Shown piece after piece: positions 1 to 9,170 of a stretch of DNA of 64,000 nt. Numbering within the stretch: the stretch's first letter is position 1; the number at the start of each line of letters is the position of its first letter. The DNA lies in NCBI GenBank assembly GCA_963822445.1, contig CAWGHO010000002.1, positions 96,001-160,000 of the forward strand. The letters are read 5' to 3'. The notes under the pieces were generated by a model. That model was not told the origin of the DNA. It searched no databases and was given only the letters and a program-made list of their open reading frames with translations. Source of the stretch: an uncultured Acidobacteriota bacterium (lineage in GTDB: Bacteria; Acidobacteriota; Thermoanaerobaculia; Gp7-AA8). A program made the position numbers and the translations under genes.

Positions 1-855
1 GGCGGCAAGGCCGTGAACAACCTCGCTCCCAAAGACCGCGACATCGCCATGGTCTTCCAGAGCTACGCGCTCTACCCGCACATGACCGTGCGCGAGAACC
101 TGGAGTTCGGCCTGAAGATGCGCGACGTCGCCCGCGATGAGATCAACCGCCGCGTCGGCGCTGCCGCGGAGATCCTCGGCATCAGCCACCTCCTCGATCG
201 CAAGCCGAAGGATCTCTCCGGCGGCCAGCGCCAGCGCGTTGCCGTGGGCCGCGCCATCGTCCGCCAGCCCGCGGTGTTCCTCTTCGACGAGCCTCTCTCC
301 AATCTCGACGCGAAACTCCGCGTGCAGACCCGCGGCGAGATCACCCGCCTCCAGCAAACCCTCGGCACGACCTCCGTCTACGTGACCCACGATCAGATCG
401 AAGCCATGACCATGGGCCACCGCATCACCGTGATGCGCGACGGGAAAATCCAGCAGGTCGGAACGCCGCGCGAGGTCTACGAAAGGCCGGCGAACGCGTT
501 CGTCGCGCAGTTCATCGGCACACCGCCGATGAATCTGATCCGCACGACCGTCGAGAACGGCACCGCCTTTTCGATTCCGGTACCGCTCGAGAACGGCAGG
601 AAGATCATTCTCGGCATCCGCCCCGAGCACCTCACGCACGGCGGGTCAATCAGCGCGACTGTCGACGTGGTCGAGCCGATCGGCCACGAATCGATCGTGT
701 ACGGCACCGCGAACGGAGAGAAGCTCGTGGCGATTTTCGATCCGCACGAGACGCCAAAGGTGGGAGAGACGATCGCGCTGGGCGTGGACCCCACTCGCGT
801 TCACCTGTTCGACGCGGAAACCGAGCGGTTCATCCCTTCACGCTTCCCTGCATGA
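1..855 (+). CDS. Sugar ABC transporter ATP-binding protein (MalK/UgpC family), 5' truncated
   Basis: DRDIAMVFQSYALYPHM, LSGGQRQR signature, Walker B FLFDEPLSNLD, H-loop YVTHDQ, C-terminal TOBE-like region. Frame is open from base 1. Confidence 0.95.
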   Translation, partial: GGKAVNNLAPKDRDIAMVFQSYALYPHMTVRENLEFGLKMRDVARDEINRRVGAAAEILGISHLLDRKPKDLSGGQRQRVAVGRAIVRQPAVFLFDEPLSNLDAKLRVQTRGEITRLQQTLGTTSVYVTHDQIEAMTMGHRITVMRDGKIQQVGTPREVYERPANAFVAQFIGTPPMNLIRTTVENGTAFSIPVPLENGRKIILGIRPEHLTHGGSISATVDVVEPIGHESIVYGTANGEKLVAIFDPHETPKVGETIALGVDPTRVHLFDAETERFIPSRFPA

Positions 856-1651
856 TCCCGGCGATGTAGTAGCGCTGCAGGAACATGAACAGCGCCAGCA
901 CCGGCAGCACCGTCACCACCGAGCCGGCCATCATCAACTCCACGTCCTGCACGTGCTCACCGGACAGATTCGCGAGCGCGACCGGCAGCGTGTAATGGGC
1001 CTGATCGGAAAGGATGATCAGCGGCCACATGAAGTCGTTCCACGTCGACATGAACATGAACGTGGCCAGGGTCGCCAGAATCGGCCGCGCCAGCGGCAGC
1101 ACGACACTCCAGTAAATCCGCCACTCGCTCGCGCCGTCGATGCGCGCGGCTTCGAGCAGGTCCTGCGGCACCGACATCATGAACTGCCGGATCATGAAGA
1201 TGCCGAACACGGTCACCATCGACGGGATGATCGCCCCCCAGTAGCTGTTGACCAGGCCGAGGCCTTTCATCAGCAGGAAGAGCGGGAGCATGCCCACTTG
1301 CGGCGGGATCACCAACGCGATGAGAAGCACGCCGAAGAGCCGCTCCCGCCCGCCGAACCGCAACTTCGCGAACGCATATCCGGCCATCGAGCCGAAGAGC
1401 ACCGAGAAGACCGTGACGGCTGTCGCCACGATCGCGCTGCTCAGAAACGCGCGGCCGAGGTTGAGCCGCAGAAACAGCTCGCGATATTGATCGAGCGTCG
1501 GCTCGTGGGGCACGAGGTGCGGCGGAAAGGTGGTCGCTTCGCCCGGCGACATCAGTGATGCGGAGACCATCCAGAACAGAGGGAAGAGCGTGATGATCCC
1601 GCCGGCGATGAGCACGCCGTGCAGCAGGATGCTGTCCATTCGCCGGTTCAT
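830..1651 (-). CDS. Carbohydrate ABC transporter permease (MalG-like)
   Basis: EAA loop LLEAARIDGASE and TM helices. Start re-called at ATG 1651 (MNRRMDS), which overlaps the upstream stop (ATGA). Confidence 0.93.
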   Translation of the reverse strand: MNRRMDSILLHGVLIAGGIITLFPLFWMVSASLMSPGEATTFPPHLVPHEPTLDQYRELFLRLNLGRAFLSSAIVATAVTVFSVLFGSMAGYAFAKLRFGGRERLFGVLLIALVIPPQVGMLPLFLLMKGLGLVNSYWGAIIPSMVTVFGIFMIRQFMMSVPQDLLEAARIDGASEWRIYWSVVLPLARPILATLATFMFMSTWNDFMWPLIILSDQAHYTLPVALANLSGEHVQDVELMMAGSVVTVLPVLALFMFLQRYYIAGIMQGSVKG

Positions 1652-2520
1652 CGATCCTTCTGCATCTTGATCTGCAGCAGCGTTGCGGCGCCGATCACCA
1701 GGAACAGCACGAACGCGACCGCCGCCGCGTAACCCATTTCCCAGAACTTGAAGCCCTGCTGGTACATGAGCATGACCATGGTCACGGTCTTGTTCAGCGG
1801 ACCGCCCTGGGTCATCACGTACGGCTCGGCGAAGATCTGCAGTTGTCCGATCGCCACGACGACGCCGACGAAAAGGAACGTCGGCGCGAGCATCGGCAAC
1901 GTCACGTGCCGGAACTGTTTCCACGCACCGGCGCCATCGAGCCGCGCCGCCTCATACAGCTCTTCCGGAATCTGCTGCAGCCCGGCGATGAAGATGATCA
2001 TCGTGTAGCCGAAGCCCTTCCACACGGCCAGCAGGATGATCGCGAGCATGGCCAGCTTCGGATTGCCCAGCCAGTCCGGCTGCGGCAATCCGATCGTGTC
2101 GAGGAAGCGGTTCAGCATCCCGAAGCGCGGGTGGTAGAGGTATTTGAAGACGATCGACACCGCGACGAGCGTGGTGACGACAGGCGCGAAGTACATCGTC
2201 CGGAACAGCGACTTGAATCGCGTGAGCCGCGCGTTGACGAGGAGCGCCGCCGCGAGCGACACGGCGACGGTCAGCGGACCGCCGACCAGCGCGAAATACA
2301 TCGTGTTCGCGAACGCCGTCCAGAAAATGCTGCTGCTGAGGAGCTCCTGATAGTTGCGGATCCCGACGATGCGCACGTTTTGCGGGTCGCCGAGGGTGTA
2401 GAGATCGAAGTCGGTGAGGCTGAGGGCGAAACCGGCGATGACCGGTGCGAAGAAGAAGACCGTGAGCAGCACGATCGCCGGTGCGAGGAAGAGCAGGGCG
2501 GCGCGGGCTTCAGATTTCAT
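1648..2520 (-). CDS. Carbohydrate ABC transporter permease (MalF/UgpA-like)
   Basis: LYEAARLDGAG EAA motif, FRHVTLPML, multiple TM segments. Confidence 0.93.
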   Translation of the reverse strand: MKSEARAALLFLAPAIVLLTVFFFAPVIAGFALSLTDFDLYTLGDPQNVRIVGIRNYQELLSSSIFWTAFANTMYFALVGGPLTVAVSLAAALLVNARLTRFKSLFRTMYFAPVVTTLVAVSIVFKYLYHPRFGMLNRFLDTIGLPQPDWLGNPKLAMLAIILLAVWKGFGYTMIIFIAGLQQIPEELYEAARLDGAGAWKQFRHVTLPMLAPTFLFVGVVVAIGQLQIFAEPYVMTQGGPLNKTVTMVMLMYQQGFKFWEMGYAAAVAFVLFLVIGAATLLQIKMQKDR

Positions 2521-3830
2521 TTTCGCGTCAAAATCCAGCGCCGTTTTTCCAGCAGCTCGTCGGCGCGCTCATCGAGCGCCTTCACCGCGGCATCAACGCT
2601 CGTCGTGCCTCGCGCGGCCGCCTCGCCACGGTCGTAAATCGCGGTCGCGATCTGCTCCCACTCCGGCACTTGCGGCAGCGGCCGGACTGACTCGAGTTGC
2701 TCGCGGAATGCTGGAAAACGTGGCTCAGCGGCGAGCGCCGGGGATTTCCAGGCCGACCGGCGCGCGGGCAAATCGCCGGTGAGTTCGAAGAAACGAACCT
2801 GCTGGGCCGGCTGTGAGAGAAACTCGATGAACTTGCGCGCCGCCGGTTTGTTCTGCGACGCCCGGAAAATCACCAGACTCGAACCGCCGGCCATGGAAAT
2901 GCCCGGGCCCTTCGCATCGCGACCGGGGATCGGCGCGGTCGCCCATTTGTCCTGCATGTCCTCGGGCAGCCGCCGCCGGAACTCGCCCACGTTCCACGGA
3001 CCGCTGATGTACATGGCGAAATCGCCCTGCGCGAATTGCTGATAGAGATTCGCGATCTGCTGATTGCTCGACGCCGGCGCGTGCCCGTGCTTGAACATGT
3101 CCACGTAAAACGTGAACGCTTCGGCGAACTCACGCTGACGAAATGCCCCGCGCGTCCCCTCGGCATTCAACAGGCCCGATCCGTTCGAGAGCGCGAGCAC
3201 GACCGGAGGCTCGTATTCATTGGTCGGAATGAGGATTCCGAAGCGGCTCCTTTTCTGCGAGACGATTTTCTGCATCGCGTCGCTCCACTCCGCCCAGGTG
3301 CGCGGCCCGTTCGGATAGCCGACGCTGGCGAGAATGTCGCTGCGATAAAAGAGGACGCGCGTGTCGACGTACCACGGCACGCCGTAAAGCGATCCGGCGA
3401 CGACATTCGTCGCCCAGATGCCGGGAAAGTAGTCGCGTTGATCGACGACGTTTGATTGCGCGGCAAACGGCGTCAGATCATCCAGCGCGCGCACCGCCAC
3501 GAACTCGGCGATCCAGGTGTTGCCGATCTGCGCGACGTCCGGCGTCGAGTCGCCAACGTGCGCGGTCAGCAGCTTTTCATGCGCCGCGCTCCAGGGGATC
3601 TGCTGGACTTTGACCTTGATGCCGGGATTGAGCCGCTCGAATTCGGGGATCATCTCCGCGACGACTTCCCCCTCGCGGCCCAGGCCCCAGAACTCGAGCG
3701 TTTCCCGCGAGCTTTGCCCGCGGCACGAGAGCAGTAGGACGAATGCAGAATGCAGAATGCAGAATGCAGAAATGAGGATCCGCGATCTGTATCGCGGACT
3801 TTTCTGCATTCTGCATTCTGCATTCTGCAT
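2517..3830 (-). CDS. Sugar ABC transporter substrate-binding lipoprotein
   Basis: SBP_bac_1-like motifs (PDVAQIG, YGVPWYVDTRVLFYR, AMYISGPW) and lipobox LLSC. The N-terminus is encoded by a heptamer palindrome. Confidence 0.9.
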   Translation of the reverse strand: MQNAECRMQKSPRYRSRILISAFCILHSAFVLLLSCRGQSSRETLEFWGLGREGEVVAEMIPEFERLNPGIKVKVQQIPWSAAHEKLLTAHVGDSTPDVAQIGNTWIAEFVAVRALDDLTPFAAQSNVVDQRDYFPGIWATNVVAGSLYGVPWYVDTRVLFYRSDILASVGYPNGPRTWAEWSDAMQKIVSQKRSRFGILIPTNEYEPPVVLALSNGSGLLNAEGTRGAFRQREFAEAFTFYVDMFKHGHAPASSNQQIANLYQQFAQGDFAMYISGPWNVGEFRRRLPEDMQDKWATAPIPGRDAKGPGISMAGGSSLVIFRASQNKPAARKFIEFLSQPAQQVRFFELTGDLPARRSAWKSPALAAEPRFPAFREQLESVRPLPQVPEWEQIATAIYDRGEAAARGTTSVDAAVKALDERADELLEKRRWILTRK

Positions 3831-3832
3831 TC
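3741..3832. repeat. Perfect 32-bp inverted repeat with (GAATGCA)4 arms and a 28-nt spacer
   Basis: GAATGCAGAATGCAGAATGCAGAATGCAGAAA at 3741-3772 and its exact reverse complement at 3801-3832. Inner hairpin TCCGCGAT-CTGT-ATCGCGGA. Confidence 0.95.
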
Positions 3833-5216
3833 ACTCCCCCAACCACGCGCCGGTGAAGCCGGCCCGCTTCAATCCGCGAATCACATGCGGATTCTTCTTC
3901 ATCGTCTCCCACACCAGACCACTGCGATGGTTCTCGATCATGGCAATGATCGGTCCCTGATCGATGCCGAGGTAGTCGACGTCGAACCAGCCAAGATTGG
4001 GATCGATGCGGCCGTGCAGGAGCTTGGGTGCGGAGCGCAGCGTCGGGTTGAACGCGTCGACGAAGCCGTACTTCGAGTACAGATTGTCACCGTACCGCGT
4101 GCTCATCGCACGCAACGCCTTCATCGACTGCTCGGGCGTGAACACGATCGACGCGATCGCCGCGGTCGGCGCGATTGTCCCGTCATCGCGGATCTCGCCG
4201 TTCGTCGCGCCTCGCGCGGCGTACGATTGAAACGTCCGCTCTCTCCCGTCGATCGTGAGCGTCGCGTCGACCGGTCCGTCGCACGCGGTCAGCCCCCAGA
4301 TCTCATCGCCGTAATCACGCCACCCTCCGGGATTGTCGATGGCGTAGGCGTGTTGCGCCAGCGACGCCCGTCGCGAATTCTCGAAGTAATCGATTCCCCG
4401 CTCTCGCATGTACGCGTCCTTGATTCCGCGGAAATCGATCCAGACGTGCGAATACTGGTGACCGAAGAGCGGCGCGAACAGCAAATGCTCCTGTCCGTAA
4501 AACTCACCCCATTTGTAGGTCTGCGTGTACGCGTCCCAGGCGCTCGCGTCGACGGGATGGGTCGGCGATCCGAGGGCGAGGACGATCACGATCATGGCCT
4601 CGTTGTAGCCGCGCCAGTCCCAGTCGATGAATCCTTTCTCCGGAGTCCAGCCCATGCTGATCAACGGCGTACGCGTCTGTGCCCACGGCCAGTCGACGCG
4701 CGCATACATCACATCAACGGCTGACCGGATTGCCCGTTCCGTTTCATTATCGCGATCGAAATACGACTGCGCGAATAACGCGCCGGCGATGAGGAGCGCC
4801 GTGTCCACTGTCGACAATTCGACAGTCTTGAAACGGTCACCCGTCTTCATGTCCAGGAAGTGGTAGTAAAAACCTTTGTAGCCTGCAACGCCGCTCGCCT
4901 CAGGTCCTTCCTTCATGGCCAGCATCGACTGCAGCGTTGCCAGCGTGCGCTCCGCCGCCTGTTCGCGCGTCACATACCCGCGATGCGCGCCGATTCCGTA
5001 AGCCGTCAATCCGAATCCGACCGCGGCAATGCTCGAAAACGACGGCGTCGGCGCGCGGTCGGGAATCAGTTTCGTGTTCGGGTCGGCCAGTTCCCAGAAG
5101 AAGAGAAAGGTGCGCCGCTGGACATCATCCAGCAGCGCACCTTCAGACGTTCGCGGCGTATTCGTCGCGCACGCAACCGAGAACAGGAGGACGAGCGCGA
5201 CGATACGCCGGATCAT
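3831..5216 (-). CDS. GH144-like (Glycoamylase/DUF3131) endo-beta-1,2-glucanase lipoprotein
   Basis: ELSTVDTA, GYNE, LFGHQYSHVWIDFRG, WGLTACDGP, YGFVDAFNP and YLGIDQGPI motifs; lipobox SVAC. Confidence 0.85.
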   Translation of the reverse strand: MIRRIVALVLLFSVACATNTPRTSEGALLDDVQRRTFLFFWELADPNTKLIPDRAPTPSFSSIAAVGFGLTAYGIGAHRGYVTREQAAERTLATLQSMLAMKEGPEASGVAGYKGFYYHFLDMKTGDRFKTVELSTVDTALLIAGALFAQSYFDRDNETERAIRSAVDVMYARVDWPWAQTRTPLISMGWTPEKGFIDWDWRGYNEAMIVIVLALGSPTHPVDASAWDAYTQTYKWGEFYGQEHLLFAPLFGHQYSHVWIDFRGIKDAYMRERGIDYFENSRRASLAQHAYAIDNPGGWRDYGDEIWGLTACDGPVDATLTIDGRERTFQSYAARGATNGEIRDDGTIAPTAAIASIVFTPEQSMKALRAMSTRYGDNLYSKYGFVDAFNPTLRSAPKLLHGRIDPNLGWFDVDYLGIDQGPIIAMIENHRSGLVWETMKKNPHVIRGLKRAGFTGAWLGE

Positions 5217-5226
5217 TTGTAAACCT

Positions 5227-8070
5227 TTAGAAGCTCACTCGCAGGCCGATCTGCTCACGCCGTCCGAGCGAGACGGCACAGTTGCCGACGCCTAGGTTCG
5301 GATTGCCCTCGGGCGGGAGGAAGTTCGTCAGGCATCCCTCGTTCGTCTCGTTGAAGGCATTGAACACTTCCGCGACCACGCCGATCGTCGTTCCGGCAAA
5401 CGCCCGGAAATCCTTCGACAGACGGAAGTCGGCCGTGCGATATCCACCATCCGGATAGACGGCATCGTTGATCACGCCGGTCTCGAGCCTTCCCGGCAAC
5501 CCGAACCCTTTCGAGAAATCGAACACCGGCGTTGCTTCACCGCTGCTGATGATGATGTTCGTGCTCAGGCGGACGTCCCACGGGAGGCCGACGATGGCCG
5601 TGACGTTGAACCGATTCGGTTCCGCCCCCGCGCGCGGATGTCTGCCATAGAGATTGGCGGCCGGAAGATCGAGGCTGAACAGATCGTTTCCGGTCTGTTC
5701 CGCCGTCGCGTTCGTGTAGGTGAACCGTGCGCCCCAGCGATTCGAGCCCGTGTACGGGCGGTCGAGGGTGAGACTGAAGCCGTCGTACCAGAATTCCTTG
5801 CCGACCGGATCGTTGATGATCACGTTGCCGAATCCCGGCGCAAACGCGCCGCAGCATGTGCCCGACGCCGCGACGTACGTGATGCCGCGCTTGCCGCGAA
5901 CGGCGTTGTAGCCGATCGATCCCAGCCACTGGCCGAAGGTCTGGCGATAGCCGATGTTGTACTGCGTCGAATAAGGCGGCTTCGTTTCGTTGCTGAGCAG
6001 GAAAATCTCCGGCCTGGCCCCGCCGGCAGCGATCAGAGCCTGCAGCCCTTCCTTGGTGAAGTACTTCGGGTCCCACTGGATCGCGCCGCCGGACCCGTCG
6101 GGCGAGAAGCGGAAGCGATAGACGGGGAATTGCAGGCGGAAACGCTCGTCCAGCGTGGAGTTGAGGAACAGCCGATCGTAGTACTTGCCCCAGCCGCCGA
6201 AGACGACGGACCTGCTGTCGCCGCGGAGGTCGTAGGTGAATCCGAGGCGCGGCTGCCACATGCTCTTGTAGGGCTCGCGCTCGTTCCCTGTGGAGAAGTA
6301 TTCATCGGGGATGCTGATCGTGCGGCCGTCGAACGGGAACGATTTCCCTTTCAGCGCCGCGACGATGTTCGACGGCGTGACGTACTCGTCGTCCAGCATC
6401 TTCGACTCGTAATCCCAGCGCAGGCCGAGGTCGAGCGTGAGCTTGTTGTTGACGTTCCACTTGTCCTGCGCGTAGATGCCGTATTCGGTGTTGTCGAGCG
6501 ACAGCCGCGGATTGCCGATTCCGAAGTCCGCTTCGAACGGGATGTTGCTGTAGACGCCGTTGGCGTCCGGCAGGAACTTGAACTCCGGATTGCCGTTGAG
6601 GCTCTTGTTCACCTTGTACTTCATGAAATCGATGTTGCCGCCTACCTGGAAGGTGTGCGTTCCGTACATCGTCATCGGCGCGAAGTGGAAGTTGTCGCGC
6701 AGCTCCAACCGGCGCTGGTCGAACTCCTGGGTAGTGCTGCCGCCGCCGATGCGGATCACCGTGGCGAATCCGGGCGCGAAGTAACGGCGTCCGACGAGGT
6801 CCGGATTGCGCGGCGACGGGTTCCATCCGAATCGCTGCAGGCTCACCGTCGCCTCATTGAGCGCGGAACCCAGGATCCACTGATGCCGCGCCGTGGTGCC
6901 GTAGACGTAGTTCTTGAAGTCGGTGGCCGACTCGAAGCTGTCCTGGCCGCCGAAGTTGCGCGTCTCACTCTCGTCGCGATAGCTCGAGCTGAGCTCCGCG
7001 ATCTGCCCCGACGCGATCTGCCAGCTCACCTTGCCGAACAACAGGTGCGAACGGAACGGAGCGGGGAACGAACCTGTGTACTGAGAAAACTGGCTCCCCA
7101 ACTGGCTGTTGGTGATGACTACCGCGTTTTCCGCGTCCTCGTCGTCTCCCTCGTAGGTGACGAAGAAATGCAGCCGGTCCCTGATGATCGGTCCGCCGAG
7201 GCTGATCCCGGGCTGCAGGCGTTGGTACTCCGTGTTCGCCGTCAGCGTGTTGAACCCGAAGTTCTTCTCCGTCTCCTCGACCCAGGCTTTGGGCTGGTAA
7301 TAGAGGAACGCCTGCCCGTTGAACTCGTTGCCGCCCGATTTCGTCACCGCGGTGATGATGGCGCTCGAGGCCTGGCCGTATTGCGCGCTGTAGTTCTGGG
7401 TGATGACGCGGAACTCCTGCACCGCGCTCTGCGGGAACGGATTGCCGCGGCTCGAGTCCTGGCCGCTCGTTCCACCCTGAAGAATGTCGTTCTTCGTGCT
7501 CACGCCGTCGATGTAGATGTTGGTCTGCTCCGCGTCCTGGGCATCGCCGGCGAACGTCTTCCGGAGCGGGTCTTTGGAGAGGCGGACGCCCGGCGCCAGC
7601 GCGGCGAAATTGAGGAAGTTGCGGTCGTCCTGCGGGAGGTTTTCGATCTGGTGCGTAGTGACGTTCGTGGCGACCTCGCTCGTCTCCGTCTCGACCGCCT
7701 GCGTGCCGACGACGGTGATGCTCTCGCGCAGAACGCTGGTCTCGGAGAGCTGCGGGATCATCTCCAGCGACTGACCGACCAGCACGGTGACTGTCTGGCT
7801 GATCGGATCGAATCCGGGCGCGGCCACGACGATGTTGTATTCGCCCGGGTTGAGGCCGGCAAGGGTGAAGGAACCGTCTGGTCCCGCCGTCACGGTGCGC
7901 ACGAAGCCGGTGGCCGTGCCGACGGCGCTGATCTCTGCGCCGGCGACGGGGTTACCTGCGGCATCTTTGACCGTGCCGCGAATCGTTGCGGTAGTGGACT
8001 GGGCCTGCGCGGTCACCGCCATACCCAATACCAGCAGAGTAAACAGCAACAGCTCGAACGTGCGTCTCAT
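5227..8070 (-). CDS. TonB-dependent receptor (Oar/SusC-like, CarboxypepD_reg N-domain)
   Basis: Signal peptide, plug region (AVQEFRVIT), LGLRWDY, C-terminal RVSF. Start ATG 8070 follows an AGGAG RBS. Confidence 0.92.
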   Translation of the reverse strand: MRRTFELLLFTLLVLGMAVTAQAQSTTATIRGTVKDAAGNPVAGAEISAVGTATGFVRTVTAGPDGSFTLAGLNPGEYNIVVAAPGFDPISQTVTVLVGQSLEMIPQLSETSVLRESITVVGTQAVETETSEVATNVTTHQIENLPQDDRNFLNFAALAPGVRLSKDPLRKTFAGDAQDAEQTNIYIDGVSTKNDILQGGTSGQDSSRGNPFPQSAVQEFRVITQNYSAQYGQASSAIITAVTKSGGNEFNGQAFLYYQPKAWVEETEKNFGFNTLTANTEYQRLQPGISLGGPIIRDRLHFFVTYEGDDEDAENAVVITNSQLGSQFSQYTGSFPAPFRSHLLFGKVSWQIASGQIAELSSSYRDESETRNFGGQDSFESATDFKNYVYGTTARHQWILGSALNEATVSLQRFGWNPSPRNPDLVGRRYFAPGFATVIRIGGGSTTQEFDQRRLELRDNFHFAPMTMYGTHTFQVGGNIDFMKYKVNKSLNGNPEFKFLPDANGVYSNIPFEADFGIGNPRLSLDNTEYGIYAQDKWNVNNKLTLDLGLRWDYESKMLDDEYVTPSNIVAALKGKSFPFDGRTISIPDEYFSTGNEREPYKSMWQPRLGFTYDLRGDSRSVVFGGWGKYYDRLFLNSTLDERFRLQFPVYRFRFSPDGSGGAIQWDPKYFTKEGLQALIAAGGARPEIFLLSNETKPPYSTQYNIGYRQTFGQWLGSIGYNAVRGKRGITYVAASGTCCGAFAPGFGNVIINDPVGKEFWYDGFSLTLDRPYTGSNRWGARFTYTNATAEQTGNDLFSLDLPAANLYGRHPRAGAEPNRFNVTAIVGLPWDVRLSTNIIISSGEATPVFDFSKGFGLPGRLETGVINDAVYPDGGYRTADFRLSKDFRAFAGTTIGVVAEVFNAFNETNEGCLTNFLPPEGNPNLGVGNCAVSLGRREQIGLRVSF

Positions 8071-9131
8071 GGCGTTTCTCCTTTTCTCCGGGCTTTTCGT
8101 TTTTTGTCGGGTGATCCGCACGACTTCCGCACCACCAGCGTGGTGCCGATGCGCTCGCGTCGCGGTTCGCGGGCGCCGTGATGGGCGATGACGTCGAGCA
8201 GTACGGCGAATGCACGGCGTCCGAGCTCGGCGATGTCGACGCCGATGGTGGTCAGTTGGGGCGAGACGTAGCGGGCGATGGGGATGTCATCGAATCCGAC
8301 GACGGTCACTTGGCCCGGCACGGTCACGCCCTCCTCTGCCAGCGCCGCAAGTGCGCCGATGGCCATGGAGTCGTTCGCGGCGAAGATCGCGGTGGGCCGC
8401 GGATTCATCGCCGCAATCTCCTGGGCCGCGGCGTGCCCCGAGGCCTCGGTGAAGTCGCCGCGGAGCTCCACGGGTTTCGCGGACGTGCCGCGCATCGACT
8501 GGCGGTAGCCACGCAGCCGTTCGCGCGCGTCGGCGTTCTGCGCGGGGCCGGTGATGAAGGCGATGTTGGTGTGTCCGAGGGATGCGAGGTGGCGCATCAT
8601 CGCGCGGGCGCCGCCGAAGTTGTCGATGGTGATGGCGTCGTGGTGCTCGTCGCGCGAATTGATCAGCACGATGGGCAGTCGCTCATGCAGTCCATCGACG
8701 GCCACGTCCGGAGCCATGACCACGAGGCCGTCGACACGGCCGCGCATCGCCTCCACCACATCCATCATCTCGTCAGCCTCGGCGTGCGATCCGGAAACGA
8801 GGATGTGGTAGCCCTCGCGACGCGCGGCCACGTCGATGCCGCGGATCACTTCCGAGAAGAACTCGCCGTGGACTTCCGGCAGGACGATGCCGATGGTCTG
8901 GCTGCGGCGGATGCTCAACGCGCGCGCCGCAACGTTCGGTACGTAACGGAGAGTGCGCGCTGCTTCGAGGACGTGCGCGGACGTCGTCTCCTTCACCAGT
9001 TCCTTGCCGTTGAGCACGCGCGAAACGGTGGCCACGGACACTCCGGCGCGGGCAGCGACATCGCGAATCGTCGCCGCTGCCGCCACCTGGCGGCCCTTAG
9101 CGCGACGCAATTCGGACCTGCTTGCACTCAT
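8067..9131 (-). CDS. LacI family transcriptional regulator
   Basis: HTH TIRDVAARAGVSVATVSRVLN, AIFAANDSMA, VVGFDD, PQLTT. Start may be GTG 9086. Confidence 0.95.
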   Translation of the reverse strand: MSASRSELRRAKGRQVAAAATIRDVAARAGVSVATVSRVLNGKELVKETTSAHVLEAARTLRYVPNVAARALSIRRSQTIGIVLPEVHGEFFSEVIRGIDVAARREGYHILVSGSHAEADEMMDVVEAMRGRVDGLVVMAPDVAVDGLHERLPIVLINSRDEHHDAITIDNFGGARAMMRHLASLGHTNIAFITGPAQNADARERLRGYRQSMRGTSAKPVELRGDFTEASGHAAAQEIAAMNPRPTAIFAANDSMAIGALAALAEEGVTVPGQVTVVGFDDIPIARYVSPQLTTIGVDIAELGRRAFAVLLDVIAHHGAREPRRERIGTTLVVRKSCGSPDKKRKARRKGETP

Positions 9132-9132
9132 G

Positions 9133-9148
9133 ATGTAAACGGTTACAT
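9133..9148. promoter_or_regulatory. Putative LacI-family operator
   Basis: ATGTAAACGGTTACAT is a 14/16 palindrome with a central CG, lying between the divergent LacI and GH1 genes. Confidence 0.75.
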
Positions 9149-9170
9149 TTTGGGGTACGCTACTCTCCTC

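Noticed and set aside
3741-3832. Possible CRISPR or mini-array
   Set aside because: The arms are inverted and internally tandem, not direct repeats with unique spacers; no cas genes are present.
5638-8181. 847-aa + strand ORF and other long antisense ORFs (e.g. 18291-20306, 25727-27502, 51191-53290, 53780-56212)
   Set aside because: They are shadows of well-supported opposite-strand genes in high-GC DNA, with Arg/Ala-rich translations and no motifs.
8178-9170. Apparent ~330-aa N-terminal extension of GH1
   Set aside because: It is antisense to lacI; GH1 homology starts at 9171-9180, behind its own -10 box.
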